A DNA stretch of 64,000 nt from Octopus sinensis (lineage: Eukaryota): positions 127,348,001-127,412,000 of the forward strand of contig NC_043000.1 of the NCBI RefSeq assembly GCF_006345805.1. Reading direction: 5' to 3'. The translations under genes and the position numbers were made by a program. Below are positions 25,118 through 37,600 of this stretch, in pieces. Under the pieces are notes generated by a model, which had not been told where the DNA came from, made no database searches, and worked only from the letters and a program-made list of their open reading frames with translations. Position 1 is the stretch's first letter. Each line of letters starts with the position of its first letter.

Positions 25118-25636
25118 TTATTATTATAATTATTATTGTTGTTATTATTATTATTATGATTACTAAAGCAGTGAACTAGCAGAACCATTAGCACACCTGG
25201 TGAAATGCTTAGTGGTATTTCGTCTGCCACTACATTCTGTGTAAATTCCGTTGAGGTTGACTTTGCCTTTTATCCTTTTGGGGTTGATAAATTAAATACA
25301 CTGGGTTGATGTAATCCACCAGTACTGTTCCCCAAAATTTCAGGCCCTGTGCCTATAATAGGAAGGGTTACTATTATTATTATTAAGGCAGTGAGCGGGG
25401 ATAAGCATTGGCACACCAGCGAAAATGCTTAGCAGCATTTTAGCTGTCTTTACATTCTGAGTTCAGATTCTGCCAAGGTCAACTTTGACTTTCACCCTCT
25501 CAGGGTTGATAAAACAAGTACCCCTCCCCCCAAATTGCTGACCTTGTGCCAAAATTTGAAATTATTATTATTATTACTATTATTATTATTATTACTATTA
25601 TTATTATTATTGTTATCATTATTATTATTATTGTTA

Positions 25637-25671
<35 letters not shown>

Positions 25672-25717
25672 GTTGTTGTTATCATTATTATTATTATTGT
25701 TATCATTATTATTATTG

Positions 25718-25935
25718 AATGTGTTGAGCTGGCAGAATCGTTAGCACGCCAGGCAAAATACTTAGCAGTATTTCATCTGTCCCTACGTTCTGAGTTCAAA
25801 TTCCACCGAGGTCAACTTTGCCTTTCATCCTTTCAGGATCGATAAATTAAGTACCAATGAAACACTGGGGTCGATGTAATCAACTAGTCCCCTCCCCACA
25901 ACTCTGAGGCCTTGTGCTTCCATTAGAAAGGATTC
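25718..25935 (+). mobile_element. tRNA-derived SINE family B (GAGCTGGCAGAATCGTTAGC head; TTTGCCTTTCATCCTTTC core)
   Basis: B box GAGTTCAAATTC. Other copies at about 5690-5901(-), 11925-12140(+), 14615-14835(-), 21445-21657(-), 25165-25365(+), 25385-25560(+), 29385-29580(+), 44850-45010(+), 47196-47400(+), 50276-50667(- x2), 53865-54420(- x3), 55943-56165(+). Confidence 0.85.
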
Positions 25936-26068
25936 ACAATATTTACCTTTATCTTATACCCTTAAAACTTTTTTCCCTCACACACCATATAACCCTGCTA
26001 CATTTTATTCCCCTATCTATTTCCCTCTACCTCATCTGTCTTTTCTTCCTCCTCTTTTTCTTCCTATT

Positions 26069-26119
<51 letters not shown>

Positions 26120-26120
<1 letters not shown>

Positions 26121-27678
26121 TATGTTTGACTTTTGCTTTACATTTGCACAAGCTGGCTCCAAGTTTCACCCAGAGACCTCAAGAGACAACAAGTTGGAAG
26201 TTCGTGTTGGTGTTATGCCAAGGGTGCCATATATTTGGTTTTGTACTTAGTGTTGTACTAGTGAATGCCTAAAAAAAACATATGAAAATTATGTTTGTTT
26301 TAAAACTTGAGATTACATAGAAAGTATTTTGCGTAGGATATGAGCAGTTCCCATGAGCACTATCTTTTGAATTTCTGCCAGTTTTGGGTTTCCTGGTATC
26401 TGAGTTAGGGAACAATCAGCCCCTTTTGCTATCATTCCCAAGGCACCTATGACAACAGGTATTGTTTTAGTTTTCAGCTTCCGCATTTTGCTGATTTCTA
26501 TTTCCAGATCTTTATATTTGCTTAGTTTCTGGTAGGTCTTGACAGAAACGTTTATATTGATAGGGACAGTCATATCAATGAGGAGGCATGTTTTTTTGTC
26601 TGAAGCCTTTTACTATGATGTCTGGCCTATTCGCAATCTATCTTTCTGTCAGTTTGAATGGTGAAGTTCCAGAGGAGTGAAATGTGGTCATTTTCAAGCA
26701 CTGGAGGTGGTTTGTGTTCCCACCAGTTTTTATGATGGGGCAAGTCCAGGCTTTTGCAAATTATTCAGTGAATATATTGTGCAGCTCTATCATGCCTGTC
26801 GAGATACTCTGTAGGCGCAAGAAGACTGCACTTGGAGACAACATGATCAATGGTTTCATTTTGTTGTTGACATACACAACATGTTGGGCTACTGCCATTC
26901 TTTAGTATGTTGGCCTGGTAGTTCCTTGTAGGTAGGCATTGATCTTGAGCTGCTATGATAAACCCTTCTGTTTCAGATTTTAAGCCAGAGGCCATTAGCC
27001 ATTGATGGGTCAGGGCTTTGTCAACATCTGCATTATTTGCTCTCTTTGGGTATTGCCATTTATCATTCAGAATATCTAAGGCAGCAGTTTTAGCACAGGT
27101 TTTCATGTGCTTAGCTTTTTCTGTGCTTGTTTCTTGTATGTCTAATTTTGAAATTTGTTGTATTCAGAATTCACTTAGATATTCCTTTGCCTGTTTTGTT
27201 ACTGAGTATGATGTTTTGAGACAAGTTTTAACATCCAGTCCCCAGAGTTTTTCAGGTAGGTGTCTAGGCCAATTGTAGCAATCTTCATTGTTATTGCCAG
27301 TTGTAAAAGTCCACGGCCTCCTTCTTTCCTTGACAGATAAAGTAGTTCTATATCTGCCTTAGGGTGGTGCATTCTATGCATTGTCAATAGTTTTCGTATT
27401 TTTCTGTCAAGATTACATATTTCAGTAATTGACCAGTTAATGATATTGAAACTGTAAGTCACGACTGGTATGGATAAAGCATTGATCGCTTCGATCCTGT
27501 TTCTTGCATTCAGCTCTGTCTTGAGTATTGCTCTTACTCTGCAATAACATTCTCTCCTGATCCTTTCCTTCATCACTGAATGCCTTATTCCGTCCCCTTC
27601 AATTATCCCTAGGTACTTGTAGCTCTCTGCTGGGTCTAACTCTTTTATGACATTTTGCTGGTCTATTGTTACTGTTAC

Positions 27679-27681
<3 letters not shown>
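26120..27681 (-). mobile_element. 5'-truncated Dong/R4-clade non-LTR retrotransposon (RT C-terminus, CCHC knuckle, RLE), frameshifted
   Basis: YKYLGI, RIEAINALSIPVVTYSF, ETEGFIIAAQDQ, CCVCQQQNETIDHVVSKC (CX2CX8HX4C), RPDII, YKDLEIEI, IGALG, GTAHILRK. The 3' UTR ends in (AAT)n and both ends abut (TAA)n. Confidence 0.9.
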
Positions 27682-27722
<41 letters not shown>

Positions 27723-27732
27723 TATTATTATT

Positions 27733-28245
27733 CAGTAGGCTTACTATATTGCATGCTTTCACTGCACTTCTGAGTCCAGCTCTGTGTGTCTTGGATATGT
27801 GGTATACTTTGTTTTGGTGTTGTTATTTTTAGCATATTCAAAGTGCTTTATATTATATAAGATGTTTGCAGTGCTTAGCAGTGTTATTTACTGTATGTTA
27901 TACATATTCACAAGTCTTGAATTTTTGTTATGTGTTTGTATATTTTTTTTTTACTATACCTAAAGCACCTATTATAGGGATTGTTTCTGTCTTCAGGTTC
28001 CACATTCAAGTTACCTCTGTTTCCAGATCTTTGTATTTCAACAGTTTCTATTTCTTTTAGAGAGACACAGTCATGTATTGGAACTGAAATGTCAATTAGG
28101 AGGTATTTTTTCTCCAAAATGACCTTGATAACAATATCTGGCCAATTAGCCTTGATCTCCCTATTTGTATAATTAACATATCCCAGAGTCTGATTGTTTT
28201 GTCATTTTCTGAAACCTTTCTCCGGTGTATACCAATACCATCTTT
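27733..28245 (-). mobile_element. Older Dong/R4-like RLE 3' end from a different subfamily
   Basis: Across frameshifts: WYWYTPEK, RLWDM, KYLLIDISVP, KYKDLETE, IIGALGIV. Its distinct 3' UTR ends in (AAT)n. Confidence 0.75.
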
Positions 28246-28699
28246 TTCCTGAGTTATTATTATTTCTTTTGAAAGCTGACACAATATCTGTAACGTAATA
28301 GTGTTAGGGGTCAAAAATTACACCAAGGAGTAAGAAATTTTTAAATACTCTACCCTAACACAAAAAATATATAAATACAAATATATATCTGGTTACTCCC
28401 AACCATGAGAAATCTTGAAATGGTAAACAATAATGAAACAACAACAACTAAGGCCATCAATTTATACAATGGCATAATGACATGAACCACCAATTTAGAA
28501 GCCCTTACAAGACAAACAGGATGGTGAAATAAATCTGCTTTTATAAAACTTACATTGTTAGCTTTCAATGACAAAGTAGATTGTAAGAAATGAAGTTATA
28601 TCGAATAAGATTATCTTTTATATTCTGATATCAAGGCATTATTGTCTACAAGCCTACTCGCTCAACTGAAAAGAAATCTTTGGGTACATGTGTATTGTG

Positions 28700-28943
28700 C
28701 GTGTTCATTTAGATAACTCTAAACACCTCAGTGCATGTACACACACACACAGAAATCTGTGTGTGCATGTGTAATGTATGTTGCTTATTCAGATAGCTCT
28801 AAACCCCAGTGCAGGCACAAGTCCACACACACACACACACACACACATACACAGACACACACACATACGCACACATGTGTGTACACGTACATATCGCATG
28901 TGCAATGCATGCGCTCATTCATATAACACTAAACTCAAGTGCA

Positions 28944-28985
<42 letters not shown>

Positions 28986-29130
28986 CACACACATTCACAC
29001 AAAGGAATCTATGGGCGTGTGTGAAATGCATGAGCTAATACAGATAGTTCTAAACTCCAGCACAAGCAAACACACATATATACATACACACACACCACAT
29101 ACGCATTCACATACACATGTATACACAAAA
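28700..29130. repeat. Compound CA minisatellite: conserved motif separated by variable (CA)n spacers
   Basis: AGATA.CTCTAAAC..CAGTGCA motif at 28711, 28791, 28921 and 29042. Confidence 0.8.
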
Positions 29131-30059
29131 ACACTAACTTTTCATGAACTAGCCACTGAATTGAAAGAAATCCAATCGTTACCATTCTTTCACTGATGAA
29201 ACAATGAACCATTTCCTATTTTTACATCAAAGACAACATGATATATGCAGGTAGAGTAACAAAACATTTCAATGGGAAATATTGTTCCAGTATTATATAA
29301 CCTTCATTTTTTGTAGTTTATTATTGTTTTTCTTTAATATTTCTTTGTTATTATTATTATCATTATTATTATTATTATTATTATCAAGGCAGCGAGCTGG
29401 CAGAATTATTAGCACATCAGGCAAAATGTTTAGCAGCATTTCTTCTGGCTTTACTTTGTTGGTTCAAATTCCACAGAGGTCGATTTTTGCCTTTCATACC
29501 AGTTGAACACTAGGGGGTCAATGTAATCAATTAAACCCCTTCCAAACTGTCAGCTCCTGTGTCTATAGTAGAAAGGATTATCATTGTTATTATCATCATT
29601 ATTATTATTATTATTATTATCTTTTTTTTTCTTCTTCTTTAAAATTTACTTCCATTTCTTGCCGAGTGTCTTCCCAACTCCTAGGGCAAAGAAACTCATA
29701 GTATACATTGGTAGGCCATTAAACTAAACTCACTAGTTCGTTCATTTTCAAAATTTGAAGCAATTACCAGTTAGCAGTTGATTATTATCAAAGAGGCATC
29801 CTATAAGAATTGTCAACATGTCAGACAACATGTTCAGTAGTAATTTCTTCTGACTAGGTTTCTGAGTTCAAACTCTGTACTCAAAAATGTAAATACGACT
29901 GCACACACATATATTTCATTCCAAACTGTTTTGCACACCTTTAAATAAGGAACTACAGCTAGACTAAGCCTGGTGCACATCAGCAGATATATTATTTACT
30001 GTATTTATATGCATAAGAATAACAGTTATTACATGGCTGTGAAAAACTGATTTGGTTGT

Positions 30060-30106
30060 TTGTAGCTGATGAAGTGTAAAAACACAGAAATATGCACATT
30101 TTACAA
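30060..30106 (+). ncRNA. Minimal type I hammerhead ribozyme motif
   Basis: TTGTAG-CTGATGA-A-GTGT aaaa ACAC-A-GAAA-TATGCACA-TT-TTACAA. Stem I is 6 bp (one G-U); stem III ATATGCACAT is one change from a palindrome; AUU triplet. Confidence 0.65.
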
Positions 30107-31364
30107 TGGAATGATGTGTTTTCAGCATATTGTGTGTGAGGAGAATTTTCTCCCAAGGCTATTTCCACAATAAAAGGGATTCCCTTGTCTAAGTGTACAC
30201 AAATGTGTTAACTATGACTGTAAATATGTATATTTCTTTAGATGCTGCTACATGAACCTATAGTTAGCAGTTTTCTATATTTTTTCTTCAAAATTTTTAT
30301 CATCAAAACATTTCTTTTTAAAGTACGCAAGTAATTTTAAACTTTTGCATGCAAACTACACTAGTTGTGGTTTTGTTTTGTTTTTGAATACAAGTCTGCC
30401 ATGAAGTCGAAACGATTGAGAATCATGGTCATAGAAAAAAACAGAAAGCAATGACTGAGAGTTGAAAGTGTTACTGTTAAAATAATACATGTACAATGTG
30501 TATGCACGTGTGTGTGTGTGAGACAGATAGAGTTATTATCAGCTTGTAAGTAATTTCCAGGTCTTTAGGCCTCGTGTTCACTTTTTATGACCTCTAATAT
30601 GTCTTTTGAAACCAGATAACAATAAGCTAACAAGAAGCAACCATTATTTTGGTGCTTTTTTTTCATTTTCATGTCGCTGTTTACCTGTTTCTCTTTTGTT
30701 TTACGCACACACACTCTTTCTTTCCTCATTCTCTCTCTCTCTCTCCTCATCCCTCTACTCTCTGTCTGATGCCAATTTTAATACTTCTTGAATTCTGTTT
30801 CTAAAAGACAGACACAATTACTGACTAGTGAAAAAAAAATAAAGGAATCTATTGACTTCAGCAGCCATAAAGGGTTTTCTGAGAAACATCTCAAGCAGTA
30901 GAATTCATCTGTCACCTCATTTAACATCATCACCCTCACACCCACCACCACCACACCTACCTGACCCTGGATGGCTTTTACTGAAGAATCCATTTGGCTA
31001 CAAGTAGTCTGGCCTGGTCTATGACCTAAGGATAACTCGATGTAACAATATAATGCTGCTTTCTACTGCAGCAGTAAAAGACGTCAGTAATAGTCACTTC
31101 ATCTCTTCCCCCTCATCACCCATATTGAGAGATGTCAGAGATGCCTTGCAAAGATTCTTCATGCTTTGATAACAACAGAACACATACAGTTACACATGCA
31201 TGCACATACATGTAAATATGAATGTGTTTAAATAAATGTGTGTGTGTGTGCATCAGTATATTTTTATTTTTCATACATGTAAACACAGCATAAAATTATT
31301 CTCCACCTATGTTACAAAGTTAACTTGTTTTAATTACACACACACACACCACCACTACCACTAC

Positions 31365-31945
31365 CATCATCATCATCTAACGTCCAGTAAGCCAGTGGGC
31401 TGCATCAGGCTCCAACCTGATCTGACAATGTTTCTACAGCTGGATGCCCTTTCTAATGCCAACCATTCTGAGAGTGTAGTGGCTGCTTTTTACATGCCAC
31501 AGGCATGGCAGCCAGTCAAGGGGCACTGGCATTGACCACGTTCAGATGGTGCTTTTTACATGCCACTGGCACACAAGCCAGTCAGGCGGCACTAGCCATG
31601 GCTATGATTTCAATTTCACTTAACTCGACAGATCTTCTCAAGCATATCATATCGCCCGATGCTTCAAGGGTACTTTTAAATGGACTGATCATGCAACACT
31701 GGCATTGGCCCATTGTTACGATTTCACTTGATTTGCCAGGTCTTCTCAATCACAGCATATCTCCAAAGGTCTCTATCTCTTGTCATTGCCTCTGTAAGGC
31801 TCCATGTTCAAAGGTCATGCTTCACCACCTTATCTCATGCCTTCCTAGGTCTACCTCTTCCACAGGTTCATTCCACTGTTAGGGTGAGGCACTTCCTCAC
31901 ACAGCTGTCTTCATCCATACATAACACATGACCATACCAGGGCAG
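31365..31945 (-). mobile_element. RTE LINE 3' end
   Basis: WYGHVLCMDEDSCVRKC...TCGRGRPRK...; a (CAT)n tract marks the 3' end. UTR-only copies at about 6825-7145, 7886-8075, 19110-19480, 37830-38000, 50080-50262 (-) and 38455-38765, 39205-39505, 41140-41415, 56550-56805, 58810-58955 (+). Confidence 0.85.
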
Positions 31946-33312
31946 TATATATATATATATATATATATATCATCATCATCATCATCGTTTAACGTCCGTT
32001 TTCCATGCTAGCATGGGTTGGACGGTTCAACTGGGGTCTGGGAAGCCAGAAGGCTGCACCAGGCCCAGTCTGATCTGGCAGTGTTTCTACAGCTGGATGC
32101 CCTTCCTAACGCCAACCACTCCGAGAGTGTAGTGGGTGCTTTTTATGTGCCACCTGCACAGGTGCCAGACGGGGCTGGCAAACGGCCACGATCGGATGGT
32201 GCTTTTTACGTGCCATACGAGGCTATATATATATAAAAAGAAAATTCTAATGCATTTTCAACTTTTCACAGCACTTAACCTATGTGTGTGTATATACACA
32301 TGCACACACATTTATACATACATACATACACTTAGATACATATACATATTATAAGCAACATACAATACTTGATGGATGCACAATATAAAGCACACTTTTT
32401 GTTGCAAGTCTGATGAAGTGCCACTAGTGTATAAAACTGCAAATATTACATAACTGAGATAAATATAATTAGTCATTAAAGATGTGCTAAACTCTTTCTT
32501 TATCTCTGTATTTGGATTATGCACACAAACACACACATACACACGTGCAAACATATATGTGTGTATGCATCATCTTGTTTTGAGATCAGGTGCTGCTTGT
32601 AAACAAATGTTACAATCACAGAATCAGTGCTGTTCATTTGCAATCTTCTATAAAATTAAGCCAAGCCTTTGTGCAGTCTATATTCAGAATATGAGGAGCA
32701 ATATTACTTGGAAACAGGAATGGGGTGGTGACAGGAAGGGCCTCTGGCCATAGAAAGCCGAGTTAATGAATTTCATTTGCACCAGGCACACATTGGAAAG
32801 TTGGCAATGAAACAATGATGTCGATACACATCATCCTCATTGTCATCATTTAACATCTATTTTCCATGCTGGCATGGGTTAGATGGTTTGATTTGAGCTA
32901 GCAAGCCAGAGAGCCTCCAGTTGTGTGTTTTAGCTCGATTTCTACAGCTTGATGCCCTTCTTAATGTCAATCACTTTACAATGTATACGGTGCTTTTTAT
33001 GTGTCACCACACATGTATGTATAAAGTCAGCAATTTCAAGGGAGTGGGTAAGCTGAACCCCAGTGCTCAACTGGTACTTATTTCATTGACCCCAAAAGGA
33101 TGTAAGGCAAAGTTGATCTTGGCAGAACTTGAACTCAGAACATAAAGATAAATGAGTGATTGTGATAATATTGATATAGATGTGTGAGTACATGTGTGTC
33201 TGCGAGGGTGTATGTGTATGGGGTATATGTTGAAATCTGACCACAATAAAAAAAAATAGAGCAGTTGAAATTTTCGAAAAGAAAATAAAGAAAATTCATT
33301 AAAAAAAATAAC

Positions 33313-33728
33313 TAGGCATAGGAGTGGCTGTGTGGTAAGTAGCTATAGGCATAGGAGTGGCTGTGTGGTAAGTAGCTTGCCTACCAACCACATGGACCCG
33401 GGTTCAGTCCCACTGCGTGGTACCTTGGGCAAGTGTCTTCTACTATAGCCTCAGGCCAACCAAAGCCTTGTAAGTGGATTTGGTAGACGGAAACTGAAAG
33501 AAGCTCATCGTATATATGTATATGTGTGTGTGTGTCTGTTTTTGTGCCCCACAAATCGCTTGACAACCGATGCTGGTGTGTTTACATCCCTGTAACTTAG
33601 CAGTTCGGCAAAAGAGACCGATAGAATAAGTACTAGGCTTACAAGGAATAAGTTCTGGGGTTGATTTGCTCGACTAAGGGCAGTGCTCCAGCATGACCAC
33701 AGTCAAATGACTGAAACAAGTAAAGGAG
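33313..33728 (+). mobile_element. SINE family A, young copy with duplicated head
   Basis: Close to consensus; 33-bp head repeat at 33313-33377. Confidence 0.9.
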
Positions 33729-34639
33729 AAAGTAATTTAATAATCATTACATTTTTTAAGTTTGAAATGAGAAAAATGTATAAGAGAACAATAAAACCTT
33801 TTAACTAATCATATTACTCTCATTATAAAAAGTGAAAGAGTATTAAATGTACTCATATCGTTGTAATTCAATATATATTACTTACATTATTTTGTTCTGA
33901 AATATTTTTTGAAAAATAAGTAAATAAATAAAATCACTACAAAAATTGTTGTCCTACTTTTCACTTTAATTATTATTCAGAGTTGGTAGATAAAGTAGCT
34001 GATGTTGTTGACTATACATTCCCTTACATAAATTTGTAGCTTTTAGCTTTGTACTAACGTCTAGTGTAGATAGTTCCTTTATTCTTTCAAAATTTACTGT
34101 GATTTAATTGCCATAGTCATTCTCCAAGACAATCAAAGTAACTGATTGATCTCTTGTTCACTCTCAGTATTGATTAATAAATGCTCAATGCTGCAAATCT
34201 ACAGCCCCTCTTACCAATAAAAATGAAATCTAAACAAGCAAGGCACAGACATGGCTAAGTGGTAAGAAGCTCACTTTGTAACCACATGATTTCAGGTTCC
34301 GTTCCATTGCATGGCATCTTGGGCAAGTGTCTTCTACTATAGTTCCAGGCTGAGTGAATTTGGCCAACAGAAACTGAAAGAAGTGTGTGTGTGTGTGTGT
34401 GTGTGCGCGCACGCATGCGTCCGCATGTGTGTGTCCCACCACCATTATTTGACGAAGGTATTAGTTTGTTTACATCCCCATAACACAGCAATTCTGTAAA
34501 AGAAACCTATAGAATAAGGTTCATTTGTTCCATTAAAACTCTTCAAGGAGATGCCTTCGTATGGCCACAGTCCAATAATAGATACAAGTAAAAAATTGAA
34601 AGAAGAAAAAAAATCTAAGGGCATGTTCAATACCCATTA

Positions 34640-34930
34640 CTTTTGTGGGTCTTCAGAAGCCCAGTGTATTGGACAATTCATGGAAGTTAATGGTTGCAGG
34701 AATAAAATATGTGCAAGGAAATAATTCCAGAGGGATGTTGGAACAAAGGATTGGGTGTAGTTAACAGTGCAAGAGTTGGTCAGTGAAAGGACACAATATG
34801 GGTAATAGTTGGAGGAGGAAAGAAAAGTTAAGTCAGCTGTGACTGCCTGAGAGGAGATAGAACACATATAGTCAGTTCTAAGGAGCAGCAGGTGATATAG
34901 AAAAAAAGGCAGAGAGAGAAGAGACAACAC
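34640..34930 (-). mobile_element. Decayed CR1/L2-type LINE 3' coding end
   Basis: ...YPYCV...NYTQSFVPTSLWNYF resembles the CR1/L2 SFFPRT..LWN.LP terminus. Confidence 0.45.
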
Positions 34931-36755
34931 ATCTATAAAGAGACTTGCAAAGTACTGTCAATCTAAAGTTCACATATCAAATACCAGTGGGATTCAAGGA
35001 TCATTAGGTGAAAATGAGCTCTGTTTCAGGGCCTTCACCATGACAGCATGCCAGCTTGCTCAAACTGATGTGAGGCTCTCACCTTCAAGATCAAATGACT
35101 AGTATTCAATCTTAATTCTTTCAACTCACAATCATTCATATTGTGGCAAAATGCAAGTTTGACTTGCCATATAAGACAACAGGTGCCTGCCTCACCATAC
35201 TATATCATACTTCTTACACTATTGCAGCCTGGAGCATATCATCATCATCATGATCATTATGTGATGTCCATTTTCCATGATGGCATGAGTTGGGAGGTTT
35301 GGCAGGATCCGGCAAGTCACAAGACAGCATAGAACTTCAGTGTCAGCTTTGGCATGGTTTCTACAGATGGATATCTTTCTTAACACCAACCATATTACAG
35401 TGTATACTGGGTGCTTTTTTCATGCTGCCAGCAATCATGTGGGTTGCCAAGTATCTTGCAAGGTAGAAAAAAGAACAGGGAAAAACTCCAAGTATTGACT
35501 GGAATGGGGTAGCTTTATACCAGGAGTTGAAAGGCTAAAGTATGACAGAGGGACAAGCATAGGTGTCTTGCTGTAGAGGAGATACATGGCTATCCCACAT
35601 TGAGTGGGAGTAGTTGGGAAGGAGAGAGAAGGTAGTAATGGAGTATCAGAGAAAAGTGGAGGTGCATGGCATAGTGGTTAGGGTGTTGGACTCATGGTTA
35701 TAATCATAAAATTGCGATTTCAAATCCTGGATCATGTGATGCATTGTGTTCTTGAGCAAAACACTTTATTTTATGTTGCTCCAGTAAACTGGTAAAAATG
35801 AGGAATCATGCAAAAGTCTAACATTCTATCCAGGTGGGGAATATATATACATCAGAAAAACTGAGAAACCGGTCCTATGCTCCTTATGGAGTAACATGGA
35901 CTAACCATCAGAGAAAAACTCTCAAGATACAAGAAAGTGAACGAATCAAAACAAGAGATAAAAGCTACTTCTTAGAGTTATGGTACCGCTTTAAAGAAGT
36001 AAATCAATGAAACACCGGAATAATTTTTTGACAAAGAAGGAGATATAGATTAAACAATACTAAACAATACAGCTTTGTTTTTGTTGACATCCTTAAGCTA
36101 GAAAGAAAATAAAAGCCATTCATTAAAACGTGACTTAAGAAAATTAAAATGCAATTGCTCAAAGCCTTTTCATGTCATACATAACCTTATCCCATATCTT
36201 AACTGGCCAAATTTACTATAAACCTAATTTTTATTTTGCACCCCAAGATATTTCACATATTTCATACTCTGAGAAGATTTTTTTTTTAAGAAACAAACAG
36301 GTATTTTTTCACCCCTCTGATTGCATATGTGTGTATGTGTGTGTGAGGGAGAATGAGGGTGAGTGACAGTTGTGTATGTGCAGGAAAGAGAGAAAGTGAG
36401 AGACAGTTGTGTGTGTGTGTGTGTGTGTGTGTTAAGGAGAATGAGAGGAAATGACAGTTATATGTGCAGAGGGAGAGAGAGTGACAGTTGAATGCTTATA
36501 TGTGTGTGAAGGAGAATAAGGGAGAATGACAATTCTGTGTGTTTGTGTGTGTGTGTGTAAGTGCACATGTGTACGTGTTCTCTTTACTTTTTCAGCCTGA
36601 GCAGAGGTGTGAAATGGCTTGTTGCTATTACAAATCAATATAAACATAGACTAGATACACAATATAGGTAAAAAGCTGTGGGCAGCGATCAATATAAGCA
36701 GCGGTGCAGATAAAACACCTTTATGGAAAATATGTGAAGAGAGGAAACAGAAGAA

Positions 36756-36805
36756 ATCAACTATGAAATAATGTTTTCATTGGAAACACACATGTGTGTA
36801 ATGAT
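36756..36805 (+). ncRNA. Degenerate hammerhead-like motif
   Basis: ATCAA-CTATGA-aa-TAATG tttt CATTG-GAAA-CACACATGTGTG-TA-ATGAT. 14-nt palindromic stem III; core lacks one G; stem I pairs 4 of 5. Confidence 0.4.
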
Positions 36806-36899
36806 AAGTCTCCTTGAAGAAGCTTAAGACAGATAAACAAAAGTAAAACTGACATTCCTGACTAAATTGTTGAATGTGTTTTAATGAGGAGAAGTAGCT

Positions 36900-37600
36900 T
36901 TAGGTGCCATATTTCTGTGGTCATTTGAATGGAAAGAGAGAAATAGGAGGATGTGAGGTGAGAAGGAGAGAAATAATGAGTGAATATCTATATCTGTGAT
37001 AGGGAGACGAAGAGAGAGAGAGAGAGAGAGAGGGAGATAGATGGGGAAATAGAGAATATGAGAGAGGGAGAATGTGTGTATAAGGCGTAAGAGAGATAAT
37101 GTTTATTTGAGAGAATGAGTGAGAAGATGGGAGAGTGTGAGCAGTAGGATTGTGTGTGTGAAAGCAAAAGAGGAATGTGTATGCGAGAGAGAGAGAGTGA
37201 GAGAGAGGAATGTGTATGTGTATGAGTATGTATGAGAGAGAGAGAGAACGAAATGTGTATGCATGCAAGAGAAAGAGGGAGAGAACGAAATGTGCAAAGG
37301 AGAGAGAGAGAGCAGGAGATAGAGAGAATGTAATGTGTGAAAGAGAGACAGAGGTGTATTTGAGACAGAGAGAGGAGGAGGGAAAGAGAGAGAGTGAGAT
37401 AATATGCATATGAGGAAGAGAAAGCGAGATAACGGGCATATGTGGAAGAGAGAGAAAATATGAGACAGAGAGAGAGAGATAACATGCCTATGTGAGAAAG
37501 TGTATATGAAAGAGAGAGAGAGAGAGGGGGGGAAGGGAAAGATATGGAGGGAGGGAGAGAGAGGTAATGTGTGTATGTGTGAGACATGATGTATGTAAAT
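36900..37600. repeat. Cryptic GA/GT-rich low-complexity tract
   Basis: Purine-rich plus strand; source of several spurious S/L/H-rich ORFs. Confidence 0.9.

Noticed and set aside
27199-27762. 187-aa ORF as a gene
   Set aside because: A chimera of one element's 3' UTR, (AAT)n and a Dong RT fragment.
28700-29130. CRISPR-like repeat-spacer appearance
   Set aside because: Repeats are degenerate, spacers are microsatellite, the context is a eukaryotic intron, and there are no cas genes.
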